In this document: piece by piece, positions 60,449 to 64,000 of the stretch
Numbering within the stretch: position 1 is the first letter of the stretch
How the letters are laid out: each line of letters starts with the position of its first letter
Source: Alphaproteobacteria bacterium
GTDB lineage: Bacteria; Pseudomonadota; Alphaproteobacteria; SP197
Direction of reading: 5' to 3'
Assembly (NCBI GenBank): GCA_964291415.2
Contig: OZ219920.1
Span: 640,001 to 704,000 of the forward strand
Length of the DNA: 64,000 nt
Translations under genes and position numbers: made by a program
Notes under the pieces: model-generated
What the model saw: only the letters and a program-made list of their open reading frames with translations
Databases searched by the model: none
What the model was told of the DNA's origin: nothing

Positions 60449-61448
60449 GTATGCGATCGGCGATCTGTCGCTCGAATCCGGGTGCGTCATCGAGAATTGC
60501 CGGGTGTCGGCCTGCGTTCACGGCAGCGCATCGCGGAAACGCAACAACGTGATCCTTGTTGCGGCGTCGCTGGGCGGCGATCATCGACGGCTCGAGTTCC
60601 TGATCGGACCGGGACGCGCACTCGACACCCGGCGTTACTGCGTTGTTGCGACCAGCGCGCTCGGCAACGGCCTGTCGTCGTCGCCGAGCAACAGCCGGAC
60701 ACAGCCGGGCGACTCGTTCCCCCACTTCAGCGTGCGCGACATGGTGGCATCGCAACGAAAACTGCTGGAGCACCTGGGTGTGACGCGTCTCTTCTGCGTG
60801 ATTGGCGCCTCCATGGGCGGCATGCAGGCGCTCCAGTGGGCCGTCAGCCATCCGCGTCACATGGATTGCGTTGTCGCCTTGACGCCGATGGCCCGCACGT
60901 CGGCATGGTCGAAGGCCGTCACGCTGATTTCCCGTCAGCTGTTGTCGGCGGACCCCGGCTGGCGTGACGGGCATGCTTCGGCGGAGACCTGGCGCGCGTG
61001 GACCGCCCTGTTGCAGGTCATCGCCGGAAGGACGCCGGCGGCGATCGCGCACGATTGTCCCGATGACGATGCGAAGGCGCTGCTCGACCGCGAAGCACAG
61101 GCCATCATGGCCGAACCGCCCGATCCAAGGGATTGGATCTGGCAAACCCGTGCGTACGACGAACACGATCTCGGTGATACGCCAGGCTGCAACGGCGACA
61201 CGCACACGGCTTTGCGGAGAATCCAGGCGCCGACATTGATCATGGCGGCAACCGGCGATCTGATGAACCCGGAGTGCGGGGCAAAGTGGGCCTCGGGGCG
61301 CATTGCCGACTGTGTCTATCGCGAGATTCCGTCGCGGCAGGGCCACCAGGCAGCATCGTCGCTGCACGCAGCCGAGGCGTCGTTCATGAATGCGGAGATC
61401 TCCCGATTCCTCCAGGCGCACGACACGGGTCCGGCGCGAGCCGGGTGA
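60429..61448 (+). CDS. Homoserine O-acetyltransferase-like alpha/beta hydrolase
   Basis: LIGPGRALD, GNGLSSSPSN, RDMV..Q, GASMGG nucleophile elbow, GDL and GH catalytic triad. Confidence 0.85.
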   Translation: MDPTPREYAIGDLSLESGCVIENCRVSACVHGSASRKRNNVILVAASLGGDHRRLEFLIGPGRALDTRRYCVVATSALGNGLSSSPSNSRTQPGDSFPHFSVRDMVASQRKLLEHLGVTRLFCVIGASMGGMQALQWAVSHPRHMDCVVALTPMARTSAWSKAVTLISRQLLSADPGWRDGHASAETWRAWTALLQVIAGRTPAAIAHDCPDDDAKALLDREAQAIMAEPPDPRDWIWQTRAYDEHDLGDTPGCNGDTHTALRRIQAPTLIMAATGDLMNPECGAKWASGRIADCVYREIPSRQGHQAASSLHAAEASFMNAEISRFLQAHDTGPARAG

Positions 61449-61570
61449 TTCTCGTGCGGCCTGGCGATGTCACCGCGGCCCCGGAGATCTGCACCGATGG
61501 CACGTTCGCAGTGCCCGTCGCTCGTCCCGGCCTCGGCATTGACATCATTCGTGGCCCACTGCAGAAGTGA
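61449..61570 (+). pseudogene. C-terminal remnant of an enolase-superfamily (MenC/racemase-like) gene
   Basis: DVTAAPEICTDGTFAVPVARPGLGIDI..PLQK* matches the typical DG.I.VP..PGLG.. tail. Confidence 0.55.
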
Positions 61571-61596
61571 CTGCGTGTCGAGTGAACTCGAGGGAG

Positions 61597-62427
61597 ATGA
61601 CGACCGGCGAACTGTCAGATCGGACTGCGCTCGTCACCGGCGGGGCGTCGGGAATTGGCCGGTCGATCGCACTCGGACTGGCGAGGCGCGGCGCCAGGAT
61701 CGCGCTCATGTCGATGAGCGGAGACAATCCGAGCAGGGTGCCCGCCGAGCTCAAGCACTTCGCATCGCCCGGGGAACTCGAGACGACGCGGTCGGACATT
61801 CGCGCGCTCGGCGGCGAATGCCTGAACTTCGATGGTGACGTCGCCAGCGAGGAGGACGTCGCACGAGCGGTGCAGGGTACCGCCGGGGCGTTCGGCGGCA
61901 TCGACGTGTTGATCAACAACGCCGCCACCAACTGTGTTCACCCGGTCCACGAGCACGACAACCAGGCGTGGAAACGGATCATCGACGTCAACCTCTATGG
62001 CGCCTATCTGTGCACCAGGGCAGCGTTGCCCTTCATGCTGCGGGCGAAGTGGGGGCGCATCATTTCGATTGCATCGACCAACGCTCACGTCGGCACGCCG
62101 GAGTACAGCGCTTACGCGGCATCGAAACACGGCTTGCTCGGGTTCAACCGCTCGCTGGCGCTGGAGATAGCCGACCATGGCATCACCGCCAACACCATCA
62201 GTCCCGGCATCGTCGAGACGCCTTCCGGCGCACTGCATCTCAGGAAGTGGGCGGAACGTGAGCAGGTCCCGACAACGAAACTGCGCGAGCGGTTCATGGA
62301 GAACTATCCGGCGAAGCGTTTCATCGCGCCCCAGGAGATCGCCGATCTGGTTTGCTTCCTCTGCGACACGCGTGCCGCCGCCATCAACGGGGAGGATATC
62401 GCGATCACCACCGGAGCGGCTTTCTAG
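61597..62427 (+). CDS. Short-chain dehydrogenase/reductase
   Basis: TGGASGIG, INNAA, S...YAASK and ISPG motifs; GGGAG RBS. Confidence 0.92.
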   Translation: MTTGELSDRTALVTGGASGIGRSIALGLARRGARIALMSMSGDNPSRVPAELKHFASPGELETTRSDIRALGGECLNFDGDVASEEDVARAVQGTAGAFGGIDVLINNAATNCVHPVHEHDNQAWKRIIDVNLYGAYLCTRAALPFMLRAKWGRIISIASTNAHVGTPEYSAYAASKHGLLGFNRSLALEIADHGITANTISPGIVETPSGALHLRKWAEREQVPTTKLRERFMENYPAKRFIAPQEIADLVCFLCDTRAAAINGEDIAITTGAAF

Positions 62428-62446
62428 TGTGGGAGGGCAATGCCTG

Positions 62447-63229
62447 ATGGACCTGGGTCTCGACAATCGCGTCGCCATCGTCACCGGTGCCAGCAAGGGT
62501 ATCGGGCTGGCCATTGCCCTCGAACTGGCAAGGGAGGGCGCCAGCGTGGCGATCTGCGCACGCGGTGCTGAGGCCCTGGAGGCCGCCGCGGAGCAGCTTC
62601 GCGCGCAAACCGGCCGGCCAATCCTTGCCATTGCAGCGGACGTGACCGATCAGTCAGCGGTGAATCGCGTCGTCGAATCGACGGCCTCCGCGCACGGGGG
62701 GATCGACATCCTGGTGAACAATGCCGGCAGTCCCGTCACCGGGACTTTCGAGGAGGTCAACCTGGAGGACTGGCGTGCGGACCTGGACGTGAAGCTGTTC
62801 GCCCCGGTCTACTGTATCCGTGCGGCGCTGCCGTTTCTCAAGCAAAGCAATCAGGCCCGCATCATCAACATCAACTCGATCGTCGGCAAACAGTCGACGC
62901 CGGACTACATCGCCAACAGCGCCGATCGCGCCGCCTGCCTCGGCTTCAACAAGGTACTGTCCGACAATCTCGCCAAGTACGGAATCCTCGTCAACAGCGT
63001 CAACCCGGGCAACGTCAAGAGCGAAGCGTGGGACAGCACGCTCGACTATTTTGCGCCTGGTTCCGAGCTCGAGGACTGGTACCGGGAGCTCGCCAGGATC
63101 ACACCGCTGCGACGCGTGGCGGAAGCGCACGAGATCGCCGCGGTGGTCGCGTTTCTGGCCGGCAAGCGGGCGAGCTATCTGACCGGCGCCTCGATCGACG
63201 TCGACGGCGGACTGACACGACACATCTGA
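62447..63229 (+). CDS. Short-chain dehydrogenase/reductase, atypical active site
   Basis: MDLGL...TGASKGIG, VNNAG, VNPG and DGG motifs; YxxxK position reads NSADR. Confidence 0.9.
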   Translation: MDLGLDNRVAIVTGASKGIGLAIALELAREGASVAICARGAEALEAAAEQLRAQTGRPILAIAADVTDQSAVNRVVESTASAHGGIDILVNNAGSPVTGTFEEVNLEDWRADLDVKLFAPVYCIRAALPFLKQSNQARIININSIVGKQSTPDYIANSADRAACLGFNKVLSDNLAKYGILVNSVNPGNVKSEAWDSTLDYFAPGSELEDWYRELARITPLRRVAEAHEIAAVVAFLAGKRASYLTGASIDVDGGLTRHI

Positions 63230-63243
63230 CGGGTGATCGATCC

Positions 63244-63978
63244 ATGGCAACGCTGACCCTACCGGCCCGGCACTACCGGATGTACCCGCAGGACAGACAC
63301 CTGGGCCACACCGAGCGTTCACTGGAGATCGACACGACAGCCACCGCGCTGCTCGCGGTCGACGTGGGCGGCATGGGTCTGGCAAGCATGGCCGACATGG
63401 AACATGACGTCATCGTCCGGCGCATCGTGCCGGCCATTGCCGCTGCCCGGACAATCGGTCTGCCAATCGTATACACGAACAACTCGGCGCCGCGTATCGC
63501 AATTCATCGCTCTGAGCTGGGACGAATCGCCAGACGGAGTTTCGAACTCGACTGGGAGGAGTGGGGCCAGGAGGCAAACGTCGATCCGCGCGAGTACGCG
63601 CTGGGAGAGCCGGATGCGCTCAAGTTTCCCACCCGGCTTGAACCACAGGAAGGCGACTACTTCGTCCGCAAGCACTCCTACAGCGGATTTTTCGAAACGC
63701 GCCTCGATGGCCTGTTGCGCAATCTCGGGATCAAGACGCTGGTGTGTGTCGGCTTCTCGCTCGACGTCTGCTTGCACTCCACGATGGTCGATGCCATGAG
63801 CCTCAACTACGAAATCGTGCTGGTTCGGGACGCCACGCTCGCACAGGAGTTGCCTGGAGATCTCGATGAACTGCGCTTCACCAAGCGGTTGATTGTGTTG
63901 GCCGAGTATTCGCTTGGTGTCAGCACGACGTCCGCCGCGTTCATCGCGGCCTGCAAGTCCGCGGCCGGCACTCAGTGA
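63244..63978 (+). CDS. Isochorismatase-family cysteine hydrolase
   Basis: ALLAVD, VRKHSYSGF and GFSLDVCLHST give the D-K-C triad. Confidence 0.88.
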   Translation: MATLTLPARHYRMYPQDRHLGHTERSLEIDTTATALLAVDVGGMGLASMADMEHDVIVRRIVPAIAAARTIGLPIVYTNNSAPRIAIHRSELGRIARRSFELDWEEWGQEANVDPREYALGEPDALKFPTRLEPQEGDYFVRKHSYSGFFETRLDGLLRNLGIKTLVCVGFSLDVCLHSTMVDAMSLNYEIVLVRDATLAQELPGDLDELRFTKRLIVLAEYSLGVSTTSAAFIAACKSAAGTQ

Positions 63979-64000
63979 ACTGAGAAGTCTGCAGCGACGA

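Overview
High-GC alphaproteobacterial chromosomal window; the two-piece permuted tmRNA with ANDNEAFAVAA tag, alpha-type SspB and uvrD-prmA pair support this. Left to right: (1) a two-subunit molybdenum hydroxylase with a 1-nt frameshift in the large subunit and a PrlF/YhaV-type TA pair with a broken toxin. (2) A ~31-kb carbohydrate block: ROK regulator, PfkB kinase, mannitol dehydrogenase and SmoEFGK-type polyol ABC; glgC-glgA-glgX-malQ-pgm-glgP-glgB; a debris patch; and zwf-pgl-edd-pgi-eda. (3) A decayed integration hotspot at the prmA 3' end: integrase arm fragment, a ~0.5-kb diverged direct repeat of NYN-nuclease tail plus prmA 3' end, and DinJ/YafQ with a nonsense toxin. (4) uvrD, an AsmA-family gene, and a DUF2188 plus TIR/NDT-like gene pair. 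(5) A convergent iron locus (futA >< futB-fumC) with matching Fur-type boxes at both promoters, then sspB and ssrA. (6) A peptide/nickel-type ABC importer divergent from an uncharacterised operon of four unrelated amide/ester hydrolase folds and three SDRs. No rRNA, intact tRNA or CRISPR array was seen. Family calls come from motif recognition by eye, not database searches.
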